From an uncultured Bacteroidales bacterium (GTDB lineage: Bacteria; Bacteroidota; Bacteroidia; Bacteroidales; WCHB1-69): a DNA stretch of 64,000 nucleotides. The notes beneath the pieces were generated by a model that saw nothing but the letters and a program-made list of their open reading frames with translations, made no database searches and had not been told where the DNA came from. The stretch is taken from the NCBI GenBank assembly GCA_937901925.1, contig CALGTS010000046.1, positions 6,803-70,802 of the forward strand, in the 5' to 3' direction. Below, one piece after another: positions 54,845-64,000 of this stretch (position 1 is the first letter of the stretch; each line of letters begins with the position of its first letter). Made by a program: the position numbers and the translations under genes.

Positions 54845-55558
54845 GTGCCTACCAACGATTCAATATTTCAACTTCAGAAAATAGTTGATATTTCAGAAAT
54901 TACTGAAAAAACCACACATACGGGAAATACAATTGCTTTTGTAGCAATTTGTATCTCCCTCTTTTTTTTAGCTATAATCGCCTCCGTTTATAGAAAAAAA
55001 ACAATCCTTCTTTTCCAATCCCTATTCTCTGCACGTATCTTTTCTCAACTACTACGTGAAGGCAAAATTCTCAACGAAAGAATCTATCTATACAGCATAC
55101 TATTTATGCTTCCATTGCAGACTCTCTTTATCGGAACAATAACTACCCTTTTATTTCCAAATCTTCTCAACACACTTTCATACGCCAACATTATGGCTGC
55201 AGCTTTAGTCGCTGCTATTATTGACTACGCTGGCAAAAATAGTATTGTTACCCTAATCTTAAAACTATACGAATATGATGAGGACCGACCTATTTATATC
55301 CTAAATAAGCTCTTCTTTCACCTTTGCAATTGCGGATTTCACTTGATAATTCTTCCGATTATTATATTTTGTGAGTACACAAATGTAGTATTTCTATATA
55401 TTCCCATATTTCTAACAACATCAATATTTCTGATTATCAGAATATTTTCTTTAAAATTGAGAAAAATCGGAGCATTACAATTTTTTCTTTACTTTTGCAC
55501 GCTTGAAATTTTGCCTTATTTACTATTTCTAAAAATTGTATCTTTATGGGCAAAGTAA
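54845..55558 (+). CDS. Polytopic membrane protein (DUF4271-like)
   Basis: 237 aa with a GTG start and about 6 TM helices. It sits immediately upstream of the hemD-like gene, as I recall for DUF4271 genes in Bacteroidales. Confidence 0.4.
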   Translation: MPTNDSIFQLQKIVDISEITEKTTHTGNTIAFVAICISLFFLAIIASVYRKKTILLFQSLFSARIFSQLLREGKILNERIYLYSILFMLPLQTLFIGTITTLLFPNLLNTLSYANIMAAALVAAIIDYAGKNSIVTLILKLYEYDEDRPIYILNKLFFHLCNCGFHLIILPIIIFCEYTNVVFLYIPIFLTTSIFLIIRIFSLKLRKIGALQFFLYFCTLEILPYLLFLKIVSLWAK

Positions 55559-55579
55559 TTATAAAATAAAATTGCGGCA

Positions 55580-56344
55580 ATGAAAATTAAAAATATCCTA
55601 TTATCTCAAGTTGCTCCTGCAGATATTGAAAAAACCCCATATGCTGAATTACGTAAAAAATACAGCATTAACTTGGATTTCTATAAATTCTTCAAGTTTG
55701 AAGGTATTCCTGCTGTTGAATTTCGACAGACTAAAATCAATATTCTAAATCACACTGCTGTCGTATTTTCTAGCACCACGGCTATCGACTATTTCTTTAC
55801 ATTAGTTAAAGACTTACGTATCGAAATGCCTGAAAATATGAAGTATTTCTGTGTTACAGATACTGCTGCTTACTACTTACAAAAATATATTCCTTATCGT
55901 AAAAGAAAGATTTTCTACGCAAAAAACAACCAAAATTCTGGGCTTTTTGAACTTCTGCTTAAAAACAGAGAACTTAAGTTCCTCCTTCCTTGTGGAAATG
56001 GAATGATGTCAACACAATATTCCGATTTCTTTGATAGTAACAATATTGAATATACACAAGCTGTGATTTTTAATACTGTTGCTGCAAATATTAAAGAAGA
56101 TATTGATATCTCTAAATATAATATGATTGTTTTCTTCAGTCCTTCTGGTGTACAAGCCTTCAAAACCAATTTCCCTGATTTTGAGCAAGGTGAAATGGCT
56201 TTTGCAGCAATGGGACCCGCTGCTGTTGAAGCAATAGAAGCCGAAGGTTGGACTCTTCACGTAGCTGCACCTACCAAAGAAGCTCCTTCTATTACTACAG
56301 CATTAGACATCTTCTTGAAAGACCATGCAACCAGAAGAAGATAA
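55580..56344 (+). CDS. hemD: Uroporphyrinogen-III synthase-like (HemD family) protein
   Basis: 254 aa. MKIKNILLSQVAPADIEKTPYAELRKKYSINLDFYKFFKFEGIPAVEFRQTKINILNHTAVVFSSTTAIDYFF follows the Bacteroidota HemD-like pattern. Confidence 0.65.
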   Translation: MKIKNILLSQVAPADIEKTPYAELRKKYSINLDFYKFFKFEGIPAVEFRQTKINILNHTAVVFSSTTAIDYFFTLVKDLRIEMPENMKYFCVTDTAAYYLQKYIPYRKRKIFYAKNNQNSGLFELLLKNRELKFLLPCGNGMMSTQYSDFFDSNNIEYTQAVIFNTVAANIKEDIDISKYNMIVFFSPSGVQAFKTNFPDFEQGEMAFAAMGPAAVEAIEAEGWTLHVAAPTKEAPSITTALDIFLKDHATRRR

Positions 56345-56738
56345 TTTTATTGGAAATAGTTTCCCAAAACAAGAGAAAATCTGTTCGAAGATTACATTCC
56401 AAACTTTGTTGAATGATAATCGATCTGTGTTTTGTTATCCTTTCAAGTGCTATTACAAAATCTCAGAAATAAACTCCGAAAATATTTGTAATAGTTTTGC
56501 TGTAACCATACCCAAACGCCTTTTCAAACATGCCGTGGACCGAAATCTTCTCAAAAGAAGAACTCGTGAGGCATATCGTTTACAAAAAAAACGTCTTATT
56601 CCTATATCAAACGAAAAAAAACTTACTTTTGCCCTACTTTTTGTTTATGTTGCAAAAGAACGGATTGACTATGCCACTATTGAAGAAAGTGTCAGCAAAA
56701 TTATTGATATAGTGATTACTAAAGACAATGAACGATAA
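56325..56738 (+). CDS. rnpA: Ribonuclease P protein component
   Basis: FPKQEKICSKITFQTLL... and the basic RNR-like motif AVDRNLLKRRTREAYRL are present. The exact start is uncertain; the ORF-track ATG overlaps the hemD-like stop by 20 nt. Confidence 0.7.
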   Translation: MQPEEDNFIGNSFPKQEKICSKITFQTLLNDNRSVFCYPFKCYYKISEINSENICNSFAVTIPKRLFKHAVDRNLLKRRTREAYRLQKKRLIPISNEKKLTFALLFVYVAKERIDYATIEESVSKIIDIVITKDNER

Positions 56739-58518
56739 CGAACATATTCGACTAATTTTAAAAACATTACCAGAAAAACCAGGTGTCTATCACTTTTTAG
56801 ATAGTGATAATAAAATCATATACATTGGCAAAGCAAAGATTCTAAAACGTAGAGTTAACTCTTACTTTAATAAGCATCATACATCGCCCAAACTTAATGC
56901 CTTAGTAAGAAAAATTCAAGATATAAAGTTCACAATTGTGGATAACGAATGGGACGCTCTACTACTAGAAAATAGCATGATTAAAGAGCACAAGCCCTTC
57001 TACAACGTTTTGCTGAAAGATGACAAAAGCTACCCTTGGATTGCTATTACTCGAGAGGAATTTCCAAGGGTATTTTTTACGCGACAACCTGACAAAAATC
57101 AACATATTCTCTTTGGGCCATACGCTTCGGTACGTTACGTAAATATCCTACTCAATCTCATCAATGATCTATTTCCATTGCGCACTTGCTTCTCATTAGC
57201 TAAAAATGGTCGACCATGCCTGCAATACCAAATAAAAAAATGTGCTGCACCTTGCGCTAATCTTATCAGCCAAGAAGATTATCAAAAAAACATATCTATA
57301 ATTACTGAGATTATCAAAGGAAATAACTCATTGGCGATTAATACATTAAAAAATGAAATGTACAAATATGCAGAAGCTTGGGAATTTGAAAAGGCTCAAG
57401 AGATTAAGATGAAAATTGAAATTCTTGAACAACATCAAGCAAAATCTATTGTAGTAAATCCAATAGTTTCTAATTGCGATACATTCTCCATAATTGTAGA
57501 TGGACAAAGTGCATTTGTCAACTTTTTTCGCATAAATGAAGGTGCTATCGTTCAGTCTTATACATTCGAAATTTCCAACAACCTTGAACTAAGCCAAGAG
57601 GAGCTATTGATTCGAGGGATTGTAGAAATTCAGCAAAAATTCGGCAAACTTTCACCACAAATAATTGTACCTTTTGTACCACAAATCGAGGATACCCACC
57701 TCCAATTTTACGTACCCATTCGCGGCGACAGAAAAAAGTTATTAGAATTATCAGAAAGAAACGCCAAAACTTATATGTTTGAGAAGAGGAAACGACAAGA
57801 ACTGATTGACCCAGATAGACATAAGCAACGGATTCTCATGCAACTGCAACAAGATTTAGGTATGGAAAATTTACCTCAACGAATTGAATGTTTCGACAAT
57901 TCAAACACACAAGGTGAAGAACCTGTTGCAGGCATGGTTTGTTTTATAAACGGAAAACCAGCAAAAAAGGAGTATCGGCATTTTCTCATAAAGACAGTTG
58001 TTGGGCCAGATGACTTTGCGTCGATGAAAGAGGTCATTTTTAGACGATATAGTCGCGTTTTAGAAGAAAATAGGCCTTTACCTGACCTCATCATAATTGA
58101 TGGAGGAAAGGGACAATTACACGCCGCCTACGAAGTTCTTGAGAAACTACAACTCAATAATCAAATTATGCTTATTGGCATTGCCGAAAGATTAGAAGAT
58201 ATTTATAAAGTTGGAGAAAAACTTCCTCTTTTTATAGATAAAAAATCTGAAAGCCAGAAACTATTACAACAAATTCGAGACGAGGTGCATAGATTTAGCA
58301 TCACTCATCATAGAAATCGTCGTAGCAAAAAGAGTTTAGACTCAGAATTGGACCACATTTCTGGCATTGGGAAACAGACAAAAGAAAAGTTGCTTGTTCA
58401 TTTTAAGAGCATTCATAAAATAGAACAAGCAACTATGGAGTCTCTTACTGAAGTGATAGGAAAACAAAAAGCATCAATTCTATTTACCTACTTTCAGTCA
58501 AAGAAGAATTTACCTTAA
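56728..58518 (+). CDS. uvrC: Excinuclease ABC subunit C
   Basis: 596 aa with an N-terminal GIY-YIG domain (PGVYHFLDSDNKIIYIGKAKILKRRVNSYF), a UVR domain, an endonuclease V-like domain and a C-terminal HhH (ISGIGKQTKEKLL). Confidence 0.9.
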   Translation: MNDNEHIRLILKTLPEKPGVYHFLDSDNKIIYIGKAKILKRRVNSYFNKHHTSPKLNALVRKIQDIKFTIVDNEWDALLLENSMIKEHKPFYNVLLKDDKSYPWIAITREEFPRVFFTRQPDKNQHILFGPYASVRYVNILLNLINDLFPLRTCFSLAKNGRPCLQYQIKKCAAPCANLISQEDYQKNISIITEIIKGNNSLAINTLKNEMYKYAEAWEFEKAQEIKMKIEILEQHQAKSIVVNPIVSNCDTFSIIVDGQSAFVNFFRINEGAIVQSYTFEISNNLELSQEELLIRGIVEIQQKFGKLSPQIIVPFVPQIEDTHLQFYVPIRGDRKKLLELSERNAKTYMFEKRKRQELIDPDRHKQRILMQLQQDLGMENLPQRIECFDNSNTQGEEPVAGMVCFINGKPAKKEYRHFLIKTVVGPDDFASMKEVIFRRYSRVLEENRPLPDLIIIDGGKGQLHAAYEVLEKLQLNNQIMLIGIAERLEDIYKVGEKLPLFIDKKSESQKLLQQIRDEVHRFSITHHRNRRSKKSLDSELDHISGIGKQTKEKLLVHFKSIHKIEQATMESLTEVIGKQKASILFTYFQSKKNLP

Positions 58519-58814
58519 GCCATTCCTCCTTTATTAGGATTTACCATTGGAAGAACATCAGGAGACACCTCACTAATCTTTCCAGACTTCTCCTCAAATT
58601 TACGGATATTATCTGTTAATGCATGCAAAAGTCTTTTTGCATTTTGGGGAGTAAGTATAATCCTTGAGCGTACATTTGCTTTAGGAACTCCAGGCATCAT
58701 AGCGATAAAATCCAAAATAAATTCAGAATTTGAGTGAGTGATTACAGCGAGATTAGCATATGTTCCTTGCGCTACCTCTTCCGATAAATTAATATCAATT
58801 TTTTGTTCTTCCAT
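58515..58814 (-). CDS. DUF3467-like small protein downstream of rpoC
   Basis: 99 aa reading IDINLSEEVAQGTYANLAVITHSNSEFILDFIAMMPGVPKANVRSRIILTPQNAKRLLHAL. It starts 19 nt after the rpoC stop. The family call is from memory of the conserved rpoC-DUF3467 arrangement. Confidence 0.6.
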   Translation of the reverse strand: MEEQKIDINLSEEVAQGTYANLAVITHSNSEFILDFIAMMPGVPKANVRSRIILTPQNAKRLLHALTDNIRKFEEKSGKISEVSPDVLPMVNPNKGGMA

Positions 58815-58832
58815 TTCTACTTAATTTTAAAA

Positions 58833-61800
58833 TTATCTTTTTGAAGCTAAGAAAGCATCAAAATCTTCTTTAGAACCTACTTGAAGGTCTTGATATTTGA
58901 GCAGACCTGTTCCAGCAGGGATTGGGTGACCTACAATAACATTTTCCTTCATACCGATTAGTTCATCAGATTTAGCGTTGATTGCTGCTTCTGTTAACAC
59001 TTTGGTAGTTTCTTGGAAAGATGCAGCTGAGATAAAACTACGTGTTTGCAAAGAAGCTCTAGTAATACCTTGTAAGATGGGTTTACCGGTTGCAGGCTTT
59101 GCATCACGGACAACCATAGGTTTGAGGTCTTTACGTTTCAACATTGAATTTTCGTCACGTAATTTCTTTGCATTAATAAGCAAACCTCTGCTATAGTTTT
59201 CTGAGTCACCAGCATCTTCAATATACTTCATTTCCCAAATCATATCATTTTCTTCTTGGAAATCAAGTTTATTAATCAACTCACCTTGTAAGAATTTAGT
59301 ATCGCCTGGGTCTTCAATTTCAACCTTGCGCATCATCTGACGAACGATGACCTCAAAGTGTTTATCATTGATTTTTACACCTTGCAAACGATAAACTTCT
59401 TGAATTTCGTTAACGATATACTCTTGAACCTTCATAGGTCCTTTAATATTTAAGATATCAGATGGAGTAAGCACACCTTCTGAAAGTGGAGTTCCCGCTT
59501 TTACGAAGTCATTTTCTTGTGCCAAAATCTGCTTTGATGTTGGGATAAGGTAAACTTTTTCCTCGCCTGTTTTGGATGTAATCTTAACAGAACGGTTTCC
59601 ACGTTTCAATTTTTTCTCGAAAGAAACCACACCATCAATTTCTGATACGATAGCTGGGTCTGAAGGGTTACGAGCTTCAAACAACTCGGTTACACGAGGA
59701 AGACCTCCCGTGATATCGCCTGTCTTACCGAATGATCTTGGGATTTTAACCAAAATTTCACCAGAATCTATCTTTTGATTTTCTTCTACAGAAAGACGTG
59801 CACCCACAGGAACGTCAAAACTCTTGATTAACTCTTCATTATCATCATAAATCAAGATACTTGGATTCTTAGTTTTCAAACGGTTTTCAATAATCACCTT
59901 ATCGTGAATATTGGTTTGTTCGTCAGTTTCTACTCTATACGTAATACCTTCGATAATATCTTGGAAGACAACACGACCACGAACGTCAGACAAGATAACT
60001 GCATTAAATGGATCCCAATCAGCGATGAGTGCACCTTTTTCTACTGTATCACCATGTTTGAAATATAAATTTGCACCGTATGGAATATTAGAAGATGAAA
60101 GGGCTACACCTGTCTGTACGTCAATAATCTTCATTTCTGCAGAACGTCCGACTACTTTATAGTATGTTTTTCCTTCATCATCTACTTTTTCCAAGAATCT
60201 TAACTCATCAATACTTAAGATACCATTGTATTTAGCAACGATTTTACTATTAGCAGCAACGTTACCTGCAACACCACCGACGTGGAATGTACGCAAAGTC
60301 AACTGAGTACCTGGCTCACCGATTGATTGCGCCGCGATTACGCCGACAGCTTCACCAATTTGAACCATTTTACCTGTTGCCAAGTTACGTCCGTAACATT
60401 TTTGACAAACACCTCGTTTTGCTTCACAAGTAGGTACCGAACGAATTTCTACCTCTTCAATTGGTGTTTGAGCAATTCTAGCACAATAAGTTTCGTTCAA
60501 TTCCTCACCTGCTTTAACAATAAGTTCACCTGTTTGGGGATCGTAAACATCGTGTAATGTAACACGACCTAACAAACGATCTGCTAAAGTTTCAACAACT
60601 TCCTCATTTTTCTTCAATGCACCAATTGTCATACCTCTCAATGTTCCACAATCCTCTTCGGTAATGATAACATCGTGAGATACATCAACCAAACGACGGG
60701 TCAAGTATCCTGCATCCGCAGTTTTCAAAGCGGTATCCGCAAGACCCTTACGCGCACCGTGAGTAGAGATAAAGTACTCAAGCACTGACAAACCTTCTTT
60801 GAAGTTTGACAAAATTGGGTTTTCAATAATTTCTCCACCACCAGCACCTGCCTTGGTTGGTTTTGCCATCAAACCACGCATACCTGACAACTGACGAACC
60901 TGCTCAGCAGAACCACGCGCTCCTGAGTGACGCATCATGTGTACTGGGTTGAAACCTTGTCGATCGTTTTCAATTTGTTCCATCAAAATACGACTCAAAC
61001 GAGCATTTGTATGAGACCAAACATCAACAACTTGATTATATCTTTCTGTGTTTGTAATCAAACCCATATTATAATTCATCGTGATTTCATCCACTTGTGC
61101 ATTTGATTCTGCGATCAAGTCTGCCTTTTCTTTTGGAATAATCACATCTCCTAAGTTGAATGACAAACCTCCTTCAAATGCCATACGGAAACCTAATCCC
61201 ATAATATCATCAAGGAACTTTGCTGTTTTAGCATTTCCTGATTCGTAAAGAACCTGTCCGATGATATCTCTCAACGTTTTCTTAGTTAAAAGTTCGTTTA
61301 CAAACCCATGTTCTTCTGGCACCACTTGGTTGAAAATTACTCTACCTACTGTTGTATCTGTAAGTACCATTACGCCATCACCTTTCAGGTTAACTCTACA
61401 TTTGATACGCGCATTCAAATGAACCTTCTTTTCATTATAAGCAATGATAACTTCTTCTGCTGAGTAGAATATTCTACCTTCACCCATTACAGGCTGCTCA
61501 GGAGTAGAACGTAACTCTTTGGTAATGTAGTAAAGTCCCAATACCATATCTTGAGAAGGAACAGTTACAGGAGCACCATTAGCTGGATTCAAAATATTAT
61601 GAGAAGCCAACATCAACATTTGTGCCTCCAAAATGGCTGCGTTTCCGAGAGGTACGTGAACCGCCATTTGGTCACCATCGAAGTCCGCATTGAACGCAGT
61701 ACAACAAAGAGGGTGCAAACGCAAAGCTTTACCTTCTACCAATCTTGGTTGGAAAGCTTGGATACCCAATCTGTGCAACGTGGGGGCACGGTTCAACATT

Positions 61801-63119
61801 ACAGGGTGTCCTTTCAAAATATTTTCGAGAATTTCCCATACAATTGGGTCTTTTCTATCAACAATCTTCTTGGCAGATTTTACTGTTTTCACAATTCCTC
61901 TTTCAAGAATCTTTCTGATTACAAATGGTTTGAACAATTCTGCTGCCATATCTTTGGGAAGACCACATTCATTCAAATGCAACTCTGGTCCTACCACAAT
62001 TACAGAACGTCCTGAGTAGTCAACACGTTTACCTAACAAATTTTGACGGAAACGTCCTTGTTTTCCTTTCAAACTATCAGATAATGATTTCAAAGCACGA
62101 TTAGACTCTGTTTTTACAGCACTTGATTTCTTTGAATTATCAAAGAGTGAATCAACTGCTTCTTGCAACATACGTTTTTCATTACGCATAATTACATCTG
62201 GAGCCTTAATCTCTATCAATCGTTTCAAACGATTATTTCTAATAATTACTCTACGATAAAGATCATTTAAGTCTGAAGTTGCAAATCTACCACCATCCAA
62301 TGGTACCAATGGTCTTAATTCTGGTGGAATAACAGGAATGACTTTCAGGATCATCCATTCCAATTTATTGAATTCGGTTCTATCTCCAGCTCTTTTTCTA
62401 CTATCTCTAAAGGCTTCAAAAACGTGAAGTCTCTTCAACAATTCTTGTTTTCTTTGTTGAGAAGTTTCGTGATTAGCTCTATCGCGTAACTCACCAGATT
62501 CTCTATCTAAATCGATTTGACATAATAGATCATACAAACCTTCTGCACCCATTTTAGCAATAAATTTATTCGGGTCAGTATCTTCTAATAATCTATTTTC
62601 TGCTGGTAACTGATCGATGATTTCAAAATATTCCTCTTCTGTAAGAAGGGTTTTCTTTTGAACAGTATCACTCTCGGCCATACCAGGCTGTACAACGATA
62701 AATTTTTCGTAATAGACAACCGAGTCTATCTGTTTTGTATTTAAACCTAAAAGAGCACCAATTTTATTAGGAGAAGATTTAAAGAACCAGATATGCGCAA
62801 CAGGTACTACCAATTGGATATGACCCATTCTTTCTCTTCTTACCTTTTTTTCAGTTATCTCAACACCACAACGGTCACAAACGATTCCCTTATAGCGAAT
62901 TCTTTTATATTTTCCACAATTACACTCCCAATCCTTCGTCGGTCCGAAAATCTTTTCGCAAAACAAACCATCTCTCTCAGGTTTGTAGGTACGATAGTTA
63001 ATGGTCTCAGGTTTTAGAACCTCTCCATGTGATTGATTAACAATCGTTTCAGGCGAAGCCAAACTGATGGTTATTCTTGAGAACTCTTTTCTTGTATTAT
63101 TATCTTTTCTTAAAGCCAT
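58833..63119 (-). CDS. rpoC: DNA-directed RNA polymerase subunit beta'
   Basis: 1428 aa with the zinc-binding [22 protein letters not shown], the catalytic NADFDGDQM, and bridge-helix and trigger-loop regions. Confidence 0.98.
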   Translation of the reverse strand: MALRKDNNTRKEFSRITISLASPETIVNQSHGEVLKPETINYRTYKPERDGLFCEKIFGPTKDWECNCGKYKRIRYKGIVCDRCGVEITEKKVRRERMGHIQLVVPVAHIWFFKSSPNKIGALLGLNTKQIDSVVYYEKFIVVQPGMAESDTVQKKTLLTEEEYFEIIDQLPAENRLLEDTDPNKFIAKMGAEGLYDLLCQIDLDRESGELRDRANHETSQQRKQELLKRLHVFEAFRDSRKRAGDRTEFNKLEWMILKVIPVIPPELRPLVPLDGGRFATSDLNDLYRRVIIRNNRLKRLIEIKAPDVIMRNEKRMLQEAVDSLFDNSKKSSAVKTESNRALKSLSDSLKGKQGRFRQNLLGKRVDYSGRSVIVVGPELHLNECGLPKDMAAELFKPFVIRKILERGIVKTVKSAKKIVDRKDPIVWEILENILKGHPVMLNRAPTLHRLGIQAFQPRLVEGKALRLHPLCCTAFNADFDGDQMAVHVPLGNAAILEAQMLMLASHNILNPANGAPVTVPSQDMVLGLYYITKELRSTPEQPVMGEGRIFYSAEEVIIAYNEKKVHLNARIKCRVNLKGDGVMVLTDTTVGRVIFNQVVPEEHGFVNELLTKKTLRDIIGQVLYESGNAKTAKFLDDIMGLGFRMAFEGGLSFNLGDVIIPKEKADLIAESNAQVDEITMNYNMGLITNTERYNQVVDVWSHTNARLSRILMEQIENDRQGFNPVHMMRHSGARGSAEQVRQLSGMRGLMAKPTKAGAGGGEIIENPILSNFKEGLSVLEYFISTHGARKGLADTALKTADAGYLTRRLVDVSHDVIITEEDCGTLRGMTIGALKKNEEVVETLADRLLGRVTLHDVYDPQTGELIVKAGEELNETYCARIAQTPIEEVEIRSVPTCEAKRGVCQKCYGRNLATGKMVQIGEAVGVIAAQSIGEPGTQLTLRTFHVGGVAGNVAANSKIVAKYNGILSIDELRFLEKVDDEGKTYYKVVGRSAEMKIIDVQTGVALSSSNIPYGANLYFKHGDTVEKGALIADWDPFNAVILSDVRGRVVFQDIIEGITYRVETDEQTNIHDKVIIENRLKTKNPSILIYDDNEELIKSFDVPVGARLSVEENQKIDSGEILVKIPRSFGKTGDITGGLPRVTELFEARNPSDPAIVSEIDGVVSFEKKLKRGNRSVKITSKTGEEKVYLIPTSKQILAQENDFVKAGTPLSEGVLTPSDILNIKGPMKVQEYIVNEIQEVYRLQGVKINDKHFEVIVRQMMRKVEIEDPGDTKFLQGELINKLDFQEENDMIWEMKYIEDAGDSENYSRGLLINAKKLRDENSMLKRKDLKPMVVRDAKPATGKPILQGITRASLQTRSFISAASFQETTKVLTEAAINAKSDELIGMKENVIVGHPIPAGTGLLKYQDLQVGSKEDFDAFLASKR

Positions 63120-63141
63120 AATTTCTCTTTGAATTAAATAA

Positions 63142-64000
<859 letters not shown>

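Overview
Visibly AT-rich, gene-dense chromosomal segment from a Bacteroidota genome. Diagnostics are recurrent TAnnTTTG -7 promoter boxes ahead of operon-first genes, a T9SS C-terminal sorting-domain protein, a DUF3467-like gene after rpoC, and eukaryote-type glycogen enzymes. About 50 protein genes are present and almost all are core housekeeping: rny (partial), zapA-like, kdsA, tsaC, coaD, aroB and hisS. They continue with a GH57/GT4/GH133/galE/glgB glycogen cluster, dnaN, rocD, arcC, gmhA, an M13 peptidase, glnS, a phosphohexomutase and an ADP-forming acetyl-CoA synthetase. The right half carries a TolC-like protein, an AddB-like nuclease, clpB, an M49-like peptidase, cstA, panB, an RluA-family synthase, hemD-like, rnpA, uvrC, rpoC and rpoB (partial). 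There are two RNA genes. One is an unambiguous type-A RNase P RNA wedged between dnaN and glgB. The other is a roughly 190-nt rod-shaped RNA with a 14x14 central bubble in the zapA-rny spacer, which I propose as a 6S RNA candidate. By eye I found no tRNA or rRNA, CRISPR array, integrase or transposase, reverse transcriptase, restriction or defence genes, toxin-antitoxin signature, or long repeats. I therefore cannot point to a clear-cut new multi-gene system in this window. The best leads are the 6S-like RNA and a two-gene outer-membrane operon whose large beta-barrel protein carries a ComEA-like helix-hairpin-helix module. Further leads are a LemA-linked 575-aa membrane protein, a TMTC-like GT-C glycosyltransferase in a kdsA-led envelope operon, and a GC-rich non-coding island between glgB and galE. 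All family calls come from motif recognition by eye and no searches were run.
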